A DNA stretch of 63,961 nucleotides, the filler included, from Reticulomyxa filosa (taxonomy: Eukaryota > Protista > Foraminifera), in assembly GCA_000512085.1 (NCBI GenBank). It is 17 parts of 17 records of this genome, joined end to end, with 100 filler letters (N's around TTAATTAATTAA, not from the genome) between each part and the next. Parts side by side here need not be neighbours in the genome. Positions count along the whole stretch, not along the records: positions 1 to 2,186 come from ASPP01000573.1; positions 2,287 to 8,062 come from ASPP01006306.1; positions 8,163 to 17,272 come from ASPP01003240.1; 14 more parts are not named here. One strand, written 5' to 3'. How positions within the stretch are numbered: the first letter of the stretch is position 1; every line of letters begins with the position of its first letter. The position numbers were made by a program, and so were the translations under genes. This document shows positions 1 through 12,666 of this stretch, one piece after another. Under the pieces are notes generated by a model that searched no databases, had not been told where the DNA came from, and was given only the letters and a program-made list of their open reading frames with translations.

Positions 1-650
1 AAACAATTCGTTTATGGGATGTTGAAACATCAAGATCATTACATATTTTCAATGGACATAAAGATTGGGTTTGGTGTATTGATATTTCACCATTACAATG
101 CAATAGTAATAATAAAAAAAATAATATCGGCGTGATTGGTGGAAATGGATATACTATTTGTTCTGGATCATGTGATAAAACCATTCGAATATGGGATATT
201 GAAACAACAAAAAAATTGAATGAATTCGAAGGACATGCAGACGTTGTGGTGAGTGTAAAATATGGATCAAATGAATTATTTAATACAGTATTATCTGGAT
301 CAGAAGATAGCAGCGTTCGTTTGTGGGATATTCGATATGATGAACAAATTCATGTGTTCAAGGGACATACAGATATTGTGTACGCTGTTGAATATTCACC
401 ATTTGTTATGAAGAATAGTATTGGTAATTCAAATGTGATATGTTCTGGATCATATGATAATACAATTCGTTTTTGGGATATTCGGGCAAACAGGAAAGAA
501 TTATATGTGATCAAAGGAAGTGATGAAGATGATGGAGTATGTTGCCTTAAATTTGTATCATTGATAAAGAAAGTAAATGATAATGAACAAAAATCAAAAG
601 TTCATTTATATTATGGTTCATATAACGGTTTAATTCATATTTGGGGATGA
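1..650 (+). CDS. WD40-repeat beta-propeller protein, 5'-truncated at the window edge
   Basis: Repeated SGS.D.TIRIWD and GH...V..V.YS motifs. Ends 'YGSYNGLIHIWG*' like the paralogs at 9089-16196. Confidence 0.93.
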   Translation, partial: TIRLWDVETSRSLHIFNGHKDWVWCIDISPLQCNSNNKKNNIGVIGGNGYTICSGSCDKTIRIWDIETTKKLNEFEGHADVVVSVKYGSNELFNTVLSGSEDSSVRLWDIRYDEQIHVFKGHTDIVYAVEYSPFVMKNSIGNSNVICSGSYDNTIRFWDIRANRKELYVIKGSDEDDGVCCLKFVSLIKKVNDNEQKSKVHLYYGSYNGLIHIWG

Positions 651-2186
651 ATATGTATAAATGAAATTTTGTTTTGATTTTCGTTTTTGAATTTATTCAA
701 TTTACACTTTGAATTATCATTTAAAAAAAAAGGTTCATAATATTTTTACGCTTTAATAAGATATGCGGAAAATAATTTTCCATAAAACTGAATTTTGGTA
801 TTTGATACTTTTGAGAAGTAAGAAATGCGTATTAATTAAAAAAATGTGGAATATCATGTATATTACAAATTGCATTACATTATAAGCATATATCACATGA
901 TCAATAGTTCTAGACTATTGTATTCAAACCAAAATGGACATATGTTTTTCAAATACTTAAAGTACACCAGTAACAAAAAATTATAGTAAACTACAATTTC
1001 CAACAATAAACTTTAGTATTGAATTAACTGCAAATAAAATTTAAAATTAAACTCAAAACAAGCGAATTAAAGCGAAAAGAGTTTTAAAAACTCTTCATTT
1101 CTTCTATATCAAATTGTTCAATATTATATCATGCAATTCCGGTGTTAAATTTGTCTTTGTAAAGGCTTTGAATGTGAATAGTGCAGAACCAAAGTTTTTT
1201 TGTTAATCTATTCAAATTGAACAATCATTTAAATCATTTCTGCTATTTGAAAGTAATGAGAAGATAAAAAAAATAAAATTCGTTCCAATAATATAACTTT
1301 CAACATATTTTGCATAAAAACACAGCATTATCATTTATGGAGATTTGGAAATTAACTGAAGCAAAGTTTGAGAGAATATGAAAAAAGATAAAACACAATT
1401 ATCCAATAAAAATCGAAAGGCAAACACATAATTTGAAAAATTTTATTTGCAGTCCTGATTTTGTATCACGCGTTACTGCTTAAACACGCTATTTTCATTG
1501 TATTCCATATACAGTACCATGATGTCCTTTTAAAATTGTAATCAGTTTTTTTAATTCATGCTCCTGCTGAAACTTTTGAGCCAGAAAAAGATGAACCAAG
1601 AAAATACAAAAAAAATTAGTTCAATTTCAGCAGTATTAGCACTTTATTATCTTTAAAATTTCAAGGTTGTCATGAACACAAAACAACAAATGATAAAAAG
1701 GAGAAGCTCTTTCTAAAAAAAAGTTGAACTTGACTATGTAAGAAACATGACCTGATTTTTGAAGTTCTTTGTTTGACTGCTGTTTGCATTTTTTTTTGTA
1801 AAAATTTACATTGCCTTCCTTTTATTTTTTGCTTTGCTTGAAACTAAAATTGAATTAAAATTTTTTAAAAAACATGAAAGTGAGCTGGAGTATTTTATCA
1901 AGTGATAGATGTTCATTTTGAAGGAGTGATTTATAATTTAAAACTACACAAAGTATACATATTTCAAGATTCTTAATAACTAATTCTTTTGGCTACTTTA
2001 ATTTAAAAGAAAGGTACAACATCCATGTTTCTGATATTTTCATTATTTCAAGACTCAGTAATATTCATTTTCTAACTTTTTTTTGTTTTTATCAGAAGGA
2101 CGACTAATTAATACTGAATAATTTTAAACGATTTTTTTGAACTTGCGAACGACAGAAAAGCGGTTTAATTGTATCTCAAGTAGATT

Positions 2187-2286
2187 NNNNNNNNNNNNNN
2201 NNNNNNNNNNNNNNNNNNNNNNNNNNNNNNTTAATTAATTAANNNNNNNNNNNNNNNNNNNNNNNNNNNNNNNNNNNNNNNNNNNN
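2187..2286. other. Artificial contig spacer (first of 16)
   Basis: N-run + TTAATTAATTAA (stops in all six frames) + N-run. The same 100-nt unit starts at 2187, 8063, 17273, 19321, 21396, 22775, 24243, 31525, 32830, 34211, 35930, 38036, 43643, 52713, 58122 and 62813. Confidence 0.99.
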
Positions 2287-2363
2287 ACAATAATAACAAT
2301 AATAACAATAATAACAATAATAATAACAATCACGACAACAAAGAGAATGCTAACAGTGCGGTA

Positions 2364-5300
2364 ATGTTCAACGCAAGCTCCATGCATGATCGATATCAGT
2401 TGAAATCAGCACCCAAACCACGTACGGGGAGACCTCGCGCTCGACCAGGTCCGAGCATGCGGGCCAAGCCTCCGCCTCCTGTAATCCCCAGCGGAAGCGT
2501 CGGAGCAAAAGGGAAGAACTCGCGAGGCATTGCCGGATTGATGGAATATATATCGCGACGCGAGGGAGTGGGTGGCGATCCTTCGGTGATGGCATTGTTG
2601 GAGCGTATCAACGATACGTTCAACGAACACGTTCCCGACGTTCAAAAAATGCTCGACGATCGCAGCGAAGACATCCAACGCAAAATGTTGCGCACAGCTG
2701 TGGTGAAACGACGAGCCGGGAAAAACGACACTCAACCAAATACCAACTCCAATCAAACGACAATTCAGCCTCATCCTCATGAGAATATCAACATTCGAAG
2801 GGGTACTGTGAAGTCATTGCGCGAACGCTTTGATCATAAGGCCCAAGAGAAGCCCGCAACATTCCGACGCACTCGCAAGAACACCACGACGACACTGAGC
2901 ATTCCAGACGGCAATATTCGTCATCGTCGTCGCGTCAGTGGAGGAATAGATATTCAGTCCTTGAAGCAGGGACACTTTTCGAGACAAGGGTCTTTAGGCA
3001 GTGATGTAACATCCCCGGCAATGGCCGCGTTGGGTGGTCCGTCGGATATTGCCAATTCCAGTCAATTGAGATTGCAATTGCAACATCGCGAGTCGAGTCA
3101 TTCGCGTGATTCCTCGAGTTATGAATATTCACAAACACTCATCACAACCACGGAAGGAGAGGCAGATCCCTTGGATCAATTGCGCAAGATACTCCAAAAA
3201 GAGCCCAACGCAAGGACCGACGAAGATGTGGACGTGATGGTCGATTATTTTGACAATTATCGAATCATGAGTGAGGACATTGATATATACTCTGGAAAGT
3301 CTACATTTCGGGCATTCATTCAAGAAACTCGATATCGCAAATATCAACCAAACAAACAGATCTTCGAGCAAGGCGAATTGGGAAACGAGTTTTATTTCAT
3401 TTTGACCGGCAAGGTCAGCGTGCTGGTCAATGAGGATGTCAATGACACAGATAACAAGGATGGTGCTTCCAACAATCCCGATCCCAATCAACAACATGAA
3501 CAACATAACGACAATCAAGATGACGACGACAATGAACGGCTGCCCAAAGACGAACAAAATCCCCGTTTGATGTCACCGCCATCGGCAACTGTCACAATTC
3601 ATGAAAACGACGACAATCCCGACGACGACGACGACGCGAATGAAAACGATCCAAAGAAATTGAATCCAAAAGGCGGTCATGGCAAAGGCAAAGAGAGTGG
3701 TCGATATGTGCAGCCTCGAATTAGCGCAGAAGAGTTTGTGGCACGAGTAGAAGAAGAAGAAAAGCAGAATCAGCCAAAACAACCAACGTTTGGAATATGG
3801 AACGCGACGAGTTCAAGCTCTTTGCCCAAACCACCAAAGCGAAAAGAAGTGGCCGTATTAACTTCACACGATTTGTTTGGAGAATTGGCTGTGGATGGAA
3901 AGGACAGTCGTCGAGCAGCAACGTGTGCGTGTCAAACGATTGTGGAAGTCGCATATTGGACGAGAGAGACGTACGATCGATATATTCGACCTTTGAAAGA
4001 CAACAAAAGAAAGGCATTGCAAGTGCTATTCGATAAGAATGATAATATGCTGGGCGAAGAAGAGCTAACGCAAAAGGCAGCTCTATTCTTGGACGATGTA
4101 ATGCAAAAGCGACCATTGAAAATGCATCGCACGAGCAAATGGCCACAAATGGTCCATCATTTGACTAACAGCACTTGGTTTACATTCAGTATGTACTTAA
4201 CTTCCATGTTGTTGCTTGGTCTGATCCTTTTGGAGCCGCCTTGTTTTGGCGATTATCGCGAGGGTGGCATCTACAAATCCAGAATTGGTCCTCTGTTGGC
4301 TGTGGAATGGCTCTTCTTTTTCATATTTCTAATGGAATGTCTGCTGCGAGTATATTCGTTCGGGTCCAAATGGTTTTTGGACACACCCGTCCACAAAGGT
4401 CGCATTGTGGCATTAACCATCTTTGGCTTGGATCTGCTCATTGCCACGAGCATGGGCGGGAGATCATTTCGATTTAGTCGAGTCTTCCGTCCCATGTTTT
4501 TGTTTATTTTCTCAAGATCCTTGCGACAAGCCTATTTTGTGGCCGTTCGCTGCTTGCCGGCGACCATAGAAATATTGCTGTTGACATTCTTATCATGGCT
4601 GTCTTTGCGCGTGCGGGCATTCACATGTTCAAATTCTCCAAAGACTTGTATGTGCCCTATAATTTTACCAACGGTCTGTCTCCCTACACCGACCTAAAGG
4701 GGAATTGCGATCAAATACAGTGTTTTCAGGACAAATCCAAATGTTGTAACGTCGATCCCACCGTCTTCCAATCCTTTGATAGTTTTGCTCGAGGAATGGC
4801 CTCGCTATACGTACTTATGACCACTGAAAACTATCCCGATATCTTTTGGCCGACTTGGATGAATGGTCATTTCTATTGGACCTACTTTTTGGTGTTCCTT
4901 TTGTTGGTTACCTTCTTTTTAATGAATCTCTTTAGCGCTGCCATGTATGATGCATTCTATCACATCCTATCCAATGTCGTATGGGTCGAAGAGGAGCGCA
5001 GCGAGTCGGAGGCCTTGCAGGCGGCCTGGACTTGTCTGGATCGCAATTTGTCGGGCAAAATATCCTTGAATAAATTCAAGCAGTTGATGAAATACTTAAA
5101 GCCAAATTACACCGACGTCCAAAATAATGTCTTGTTTAGTTTGTTGGGAGCTGCCCATAAAGATGATGAGATTGACGAAGAGCAGTTTAGCATCAATATT
5201 GTCAGTGTGATGTATTTAAATATTACAAAGGTCAAACCTCGTGCACAATCGCGCAAAGAATTATTAAAGAAATGCCCTTGCTGCTCCAAACAATTGTTAT

Positions 5301-6877
5301 TTGATATTATTCGAGCATTTGAAAGTCAATACTACAATGCGCTGAAATGTCTACTGATTGTGCTCGATTGTTTGGTATTATTAATCTATCATGACGCCTA
5401 TCAAGCGTGTTGGGTCATCGACACTGTCATGGCGTTCTTATTTGCCGTGTTAACGATATGCGAAATCGTATTTGTACATAGTTTGACGTGGCGCTTGTTC
5501 TGGCCGGAATCTTTGGAGGAAGGGCTGATCAACAAAGTCGAATTTGTGGTGGGCGTGGTGCATTTGGGAAGCGCATGCATTGGTTTATACGATGACAAAG
5601 CGTGGATTACGGTATTTCGATTTGTCGCTTTGGCGAGGGCCTCCTTTGTTGCCAAGTTTTTGTTTCAAAATATTCGCGGATTGCGATCGAGTATGAGCCA
5701 TGTGTTGACGAGAACATTTCTGCGAATGCTTCCGGTATTTTTTGGATTAGTCTTTGCTTTTTCCGTGGGTTTAATGTATGTATTCACTGTCGTTGGCATG
5801 GAATTATTCAACGATTCAAATAAATATGGAAAAAATCGTTGTGATGAGTCTGGAGCATTGAATCATGATCCCACAGCCACATTTTGTGATGCTCAAATGA
5901 CAATCATTACACTGTTTCATATCTTTTGCAGTAACAATTGGAATGTCGATATGTTCTCTGCAGTCAAGCATTTCAATAATAATATGGCCGTCAGCATTTA
6001 TTTCATTTTGTTCCATTTCAGTGGACCAATCTTTATGCTCAACATGTTACTGGCCGTGTTCTTTGAAATGTACTTTGAGATATCTCAGACGTTGGACAGC
6101 GATCTGACTGCAGCTTTCGTTGACGAATTTGACAATATTACAGACAAATCCAAACCAAAGGACGAACGCGGTGACACACAAAAGCAGGACGAAGATAAGG
6201 AGGGCCATAGTGACAACAACGCTGAAGGCGATCAAAAACATACTACCATTGAACTAGCAAACAACAGCAAAGGAAACTCCACCGACGCAAATGTAGATAA
6301 CAATGGAGACGTCGCATTAAAAGATATCGCCAAACAACTTCGCACGCATTTGGAGCTACGAAGCTTCGTCTTATCCGACGGTCAAATATTCGAAAAGACC
6401 TTCACTGGCACACAAGCTGTCGATTATTTGGTGTCCAATAAATTGGCACCGGACAAAGAAGAGGCTGTTGATACGCTCACGCAATTGATAAGCCAAGAAA
6501 TGTGTGCACAAAGGGTCGATCCAGGAGCACCCAACGAATTCGAAAACATACCAAACTCTCATTACAAATGGATTGACGACGTTGACGAAGAAAGTGCCAA
6601 TATTCATATTGGCTTGAAACAGTCTTATGGAGGTTATCAGCATATCATGAAACGCACCCATACCATTGAAAAAATGCAGAGTGAAATGACCAAAGCTCCA
6701 GGAGGACTGAAACGAGCACGAACTGTAGGAAATTTGTTAGTGGATAACAAAAAAACCCCTGTTCCAAATACTACTGGAGATAAGGATAATAACGCTAATG
6801 CTTTGGATACCGAAAAAGCCAATGACTCCAATGAAGAAACAGTTCACCTTTGTTTAGTACAATTGCTTTTCCTTTGA
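2364..6877 (+). CDS. Two-pore channel (TPC)-like cation channel with N-terminal cyclic-nucleotide-binding domain, EF-hand linker and C-terminal DEP domain; one frameshift at about 4590 joins ORFs 2364-4697 and 4595-6877
   Basis: CNBD: 'IFEQGELGNEFYFILTGKVSV' ... 'FGELAVDGKDSRRAATC'. Repeat I: S4 'RSFRFSRVFRP', pore 'LYVLMTTENYPDIFWP'. EF-hand 'DRNLSGKISLNKF'. Repeat II pore 'TLFHIFCSNNWNVDM'. DEP 'FEKTFTGTQAVDYLV...EEAVDTLTQLI'. The frame is open back to the contig edge, so the true start may be missing. Confidence 0.85.
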
Positions 6878-7689
6878 ACAAAAGAATTTGTGTGTGTAAC
6901 AGACACGATTGAAAGGTGGAAACTTATATCCAGGACCTGGAACAGGTGTGCGTGGAAGTGTTTCCAAACCAAAAGATAGCGTGTAATATAGACAAGACGG
7001 ATCAAAACCAAGGTCCAAAAAAAAGACAATTTTTTTTCGTGTTTTGACTTCTGATGTACACTTTTTTTTACCGGCGCATTCTCAAAAAAAGGGACAAATG
7101 CCACCTTAATGTTTATTCAATTATTTGATAATAAAACGCTATAAACCAACTCTTAATCTTTAAGCACAAATGCTTTGCAACATGTTGAACGTATCCGCCT
7201 TGTTTCATTTATTTTTTTCTCTTTTGTGTGAATGGTCAGTTTGTGTTGGCTTCTTTTTTTCTTTCTTTTGTTCAATCATTTTCCCAAAATCATGTTGTTG
7301 AAGAGAAATTTTTTTAGATGAACTCATTCATTCTCTTTTGCTTACTGTTGTCCGTTTCACCACAATGTATGATAGCACAATTCACTTTTTTGTTTCGATA
7401 ATTTTTTATATTAAAAGACGATTACATCATTTAATTCAATACAATTTGTCACTGTTGCTTTTAGTTTTTAAATGGCAGTAGTGACAATTCAATACATTAA
7501 TAATAACTTTGCAAAAAAAGTGTATTTTGAAGTAGCCGAAAACAGAAACAACTAGACTGCATCTTGCAATATCTAGAAGAAATTTTAAGAATCTTTTTTT
7601 TTGCTAATTATATATGATGATGAAGGATGTATTATTTAATTGGAATTTCAAGATTATATATGTTCCAAAATTGTGAAAACGTGCAAATA

Positions 7690-8062
7690 TTGTTACAATT
7701 ACAAAACCCGATAAAGATACAGTGTATGCAAGAATTACAGAATACTTTTACTGTTATCTGGAGTTGGAAAATTATTGGAAAAGATTAAGATTAATGTGAT
7801 ATTTAAATGAAAATAAGCTGTAGACACTCATTGGAGGAGATTGGAATGCTAATCATCCTGCATGGTTGGATCATAACATCGATGATGTGATTGAATGTAT
7901 TCTTGATTTCATTGTACATATTATCAATACATTGCCATTTGACTGCACGTTCATGAAAGATAATGCGACATCAAGCATTGATATCACATTATGTTCATCG
8001 TCTATTCTTCCATTAATTAGTAATTGGAGAACGGATGATGTTGAATTGGATGTACACTCAGA
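7690..8062 (+). mobile_element. Degenerate APE (EEP-fold) endonuclease of a non-LTR retrotransposon ORF2, cut by the contig end
   Basis: From about 7824 it reads 'TLIGGDWNANHPAW...CTF...SSIDITL...NW...VHS(D)', matching the GDFN, ID and SDH motifs of LINE endonucleases. A broken 'PD....QE'-like motif lies near 7706-7735. Confidence 0.75.
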
Positions 8063-8162
8063 NNNNNNNNNNNNNNNNNNNNNNNNNNNNNNNNNNNNNN
8101 NNNNNNTTAATTAATTAANNNNNNNNNNNNNNNNNNNNNNNNNNNNNNNNNNNNNNNNNNNN

Positions 8163-8659
8163 TTGGGACACAAACAGCACAACGAAGACTATTGTTTTTT
8201 GGTATTCCTTCAGCAGAAAGCATTAGAGTGGACAGATCAGGAGTAATCGCAGAGGAACTTGTGGAACATTGCTTTTATGAATTGAAAGACAAAACAGAGG
8301 GCCTAACGCTGCCTGAAATCTTTGACAAATGCGAGCAATTGTATAAAGAATATTACTTAGACTTGCGTTTCGTGACAACACATTGGGCGAATGTCGAAGT
8401 GTTTATCTACAAATTAATTGCAATGAGACAAGGAAATAAAGAGAGATATGTTTGGGTCAAAGATGAAAATGAAAACGAAGACGAAGATGAAGATGAGAAC
8501 AAAAACGAAGAAGCTGGCCTTCCTCCACTTGACAAATTTATTAAAATCACGGAAAAGTATTATAAAAAAAAGGAGCCCGAACAAGAAAAAGATGACATGA
8601 AATATGAGGCAGACTCTTCTGTGATTGAAGATGACAACAGTGGTAACGCTGACAATTGA
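8163..8659 (+). CDS. Hypothetical protein, C-terminal part (acidic tail)
   Basis: Open frame from the contig edge with coding-like composition. No family recognised. Confidence 0.55.
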
Positions 8660-9088
8660 AATCAGCACAGGAATATTAAATAGAATAAAGAAATGAAGCA
8701 TTCATTTTTTATTTTTTTTTTTGCTATGATCAAAAGATACAGTATATAAGCAGTTCGTGATCATCAAACAATACACAATAAACATCTTTATAAGAGAAAA
8801 AGTACAACAGAGTGTAAAAGTTCAACTGTTGTAATTTGTTTGTTTGCTGCACTTTATTTCACGCTCTGCTTCTAATTAAACTAAGTATTCCATTTCTTGA
8901 GAAAAAAAAAAATCAGAAAAAAAGCTTATTTAAAAGTGCATTCAATTGTGACAACTGTGTTTGAAGAAAGGTAATTTATTCTAAAAATTGCAAACTGAAT
9001 GCTTAAAACGCATATTGTTAATCAATGTGAAAAAAAAAAAAAAACTTGATTGAATTCACTCAAAAAGAATCAAATTTGGAAAAATGAT

Positions 9089-10474
9089 CTATCCCCATAT
9101 ACAAATTGGACCTTTAAATGAACCATAACACAGATTGATACCATAACCACGCTCATCTTTGTTTTTTGTATTATTTTTTAATTGAAAAAAATTAAGACAT
9201 AATATTCCATTGTAATCTTTAATCATATGCAGTTCACTCTTATTTGATCGAATATCCCAAAAACGAATTGTATTATCTCTTGATCCAGAACATATCACAT
9301 TTGAACTATGACCAACTTCAATATTATTTACAACAAATGGCGAATATTCAACAGCCCATACTTCATTTGTATGTCCATTGAACACTTGAATTTGTTGACC
9401 AGATCGAATATCCCACAAACGAACACTTGTATCTTCTGCTCCAGATAATATTGTATTTGCACCACCATTGATTCCTAATTCATTTGATCCGTATTTTACA
9501 CTCCTCACCACATTTTCATGACTGTTGAATATAATCATCTGTTTGGTTGTTTCAATATCCCATATACAAATTGTTTTATCATGTGATCCAGAACAAATGG
9601 TATATCCATTTCCGCCAATCACACCTATATTACTGCTTTTACTGTTATCATTCTTGTTATTACTTTGCAGTGGCGAAATAGCTACGCACCAAATACCACT
9701 TGTATGTCCATTGAAAACATGTAATGATTTGTATGTTTCAACATCCCATAAACGAATTGTTTTGTCACCAGATCCAGAACACAAATATCTACCACCATTA
9801 AATGGTGAAAATTCAATGCCACCAACCCATGAAGTATGTTCTTTAAATGTTTGGAATGGTTGATCATCTTTTATATCCCAAAAACGAATGGTTTTGTCAT
9901 TTGATGAAGAACAGACAACATTGCGATGATTAGTACGATAATGATATGGTGAAAATTTTACACAATATGCCCAGTCTGGATGTGTATTGAGCGATCGAAT
10001 TTGTTTGTTGGTTTCAGCATCCAACACACGAACGGTGTTGTCAAATGATCCAGAACAAATGAATTGGCCATCATCAAATGTTGAAAAATCAATACTGTAC
10101 ACATAATCAATGTGCTCAGTGAATATTTTGAGTAATTGTGATGATAAACGAAATGTGTCAAGCATAAAAAAATTGTTTGCCTGTAAAACAATTTTATAAA
10201 ACAAATAAATGTTTGACAATCACTAAATGAAATAAAAACAAATGAAACATAACATAATTGAAAACATATTTGTCAAATTCCTGAATCCACCCGAATCTAA
10301 TTTTTAACATCCGAGTCCAATAATGATAATTAATTGGATTTCTTCTTTTGACTGATTCAATTATAATCGCAATGTGTACAGTTAAAACCGAACACAAGAT
10401 AGTTTAAAAGATTGAATGAATCTTACCAATACCAGCTGTAATGAGGGTTGTCTTTCATTGCTTTGATTATCCAT
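9089..10474 (-). CDS. WD40-repeat protein (3 exons); apparent frameshift in exon 2 near 10325
   Basis: Exon 1 MDNQSNERQPSLQLVL|gtaag. Exon 2 'SKEEIQLII' is one base out of frame with 'HYWTRMLKIRFGWIQEFDK'. Exon 3 is an intact WD40 propeller. Confidence 0.88.
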
Positions 10475-10821
10475 TCTTTCAATTCTTTTTTTAAAATTAT
10501 CTTTGATGATGTAAGAAAAAAATGATTGAACTTTTTCTTCAGACCAACGAGAGGGGCGTCAACAACACTTTGATATATGAAAAACAAAATTTGAAAAGAT
10601 TTTAAAAAGCGATATGAAAAACATAACTATTCCATTCATAATAATCAAAGCACTACAGTAATGTAAATTTAAATATAAAATTAAACTTGTTATAACTTTT
10701 GTAAAATTGGTCACGATGCCCCTTCATTGTGCATGAGATAAGTTCAAGTATTTTTAATCTTACGACGTCAGAAAAGTTGAAGGAATGTTTAATTTTTTAA
10801 AAAAAACCAGGAATTGGAAAA

Positions 10822-12243
10822 ATTGGTACTCTTGGAAAAGAAAATCAAATTTCAGCACAACTACCGTTGGTAAGCTTTATTTCACGCTTCTAAAAAGCTA
10901 GTTATCGCCATGTTTTATTGTATACAATTTTAATTAAATCAGTCTGAAGAAGAAGAAATTCAAAAAATTGTCCAACATTGGATTCGAGTATTTAGCATTA
11001 AATTAGGATGGATCAAAGATTTTGATAAACTTGTTATCAAATATGTTATGCCTTTTATTCATTTGTCTTTTCATTCGATTACAAATTTATATATGTTATT
11101 ACTCGTAATATTTTAACACAGGCAACCACAATTTTCATGTTTGATACATTTCGCTTGTCATCTAAATTACTCAAATCACTCTATGGACATCACTTTTGTG
11201 TGAATAGTATCGATTATTCAACATACGATGGGTATCAATTCATTTGTTCTGGATCAATTGACAACACAGTTTGTGTGTGGGATATTGACAACAGCAAGCA
11301 AATTCGATCATTCAATGAACATTCAAGTAGTGTGTCATGTGTGAAATTTTCGTCGTATCATTATCATAGTCATCGTCAAAATGTCATTTGTTCTTCATCA
11401 GGTGACAAAACCATTCGTTTTTGGGATTTCAAACGTAATAAGCAATTACAAATTTTCAATGGACATACATACGCTGTTTGTGATATTGTATTCTCACAAT
11501 TTAATTGTGGCCAATATTTGTGTTCTGTATCGTGGGATAAAACAATCCGTTTATGGGATATTGAAACATCCAAACAATTGCATATTTTTAATGGACATAC
11601 AAGCGGTGTCTGGAGTGTGGATATTTCACCATTGCAAGGCAATAACAACAAGAAAAATGATAATATTAATAAAAGTAATAGTATTGGTGTGATTGGTGGT
11701 AATGGGTATACCATTTGCTCTGGGTCAGATGATAAAACCATTCGAATATGGGATATTAAAACAACACAACAATTGATTGTATTCAAAGGACATAATAATC
11801 TCGTGAAAAGTGTAAAATATTGCTCAAATGAATCAGGAAATATTGGTGGTGCAAATACAATATTATCTGGATCAATTGATAAAAGTGTTCGTTTGTGGGA
11901 TATTCGATCTGGTCAACAAATTCAAGTGTTCAATGGACATACATGCTATGTAAACGCTGTTGAATATTCACCATTTGTAGTAAATAATAATGAAGTTGTT
12001 GGTGATATTTCAAATGTAATATGTTCTGCATCAGCTGATAACACCATTCGCTTTTGGGATATTCGATCAAACAAGAATGAATTATATGTCGAAAGGAGCG
12101 ACAAAGAAGACTGTGGGATAAATTGCTTTACATTTTTTAAAGTGAAAAAGAAAGAAAATAAAATTGAAAGAAAATATAATCGTGGTTATGATATTAATAT
12201 GTGTTATGGTTCATACACTGGTATTATTCGATTTTGGGAGTAA
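10822..12243 (+). CDS. WD40-repeat protein (3 exons); the homologous start codon reads ATT, alternative ATG at 11137
   Basis: The 16-codon exon 1 ends CCG TTG|gtaag as in the paralogs. Exon 2 'SEEEEIQKIVQHWIRVFSIKLGWIKDFDK'. WD40 ORF 11137-12243. Confidence 0.88.
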
Positions 12244-12666
12244 AAGATTGAATTTTTTAAAAAACAACAAATTTTAATCTTTTTAAGGGAACTAAATGAA
12301 ACAAATTTTTCTCACATAATCAATCAACACAATTTCTTTTTTTATGAAATTATTTTTTAATGAACTTTTACATTCTCAACGCAAAAAAAATAAGATTGAT
12401 AAAGTAGTTATTATATGTTAACAAACTTGCAGTGAAATCATTTTCAAAGATCTTCACAAAGAAATGAGCAAAGCAAATAAAGAAAAAACAAATTAGAATA
12501 ATTGGTAAGAAGTTCAGGTTAAAATGCAAAATCATTTTTATAACAAACATCAATTGAACCACATTCTGAGGATTTTGCCCTCAATGAAAAAAAAAAAAAA
12601 AATGAAATCAAAACAAATTTATTCTTTTTACTTAAAGAGAATCCAAAAAAGTTTCATCACATACAT

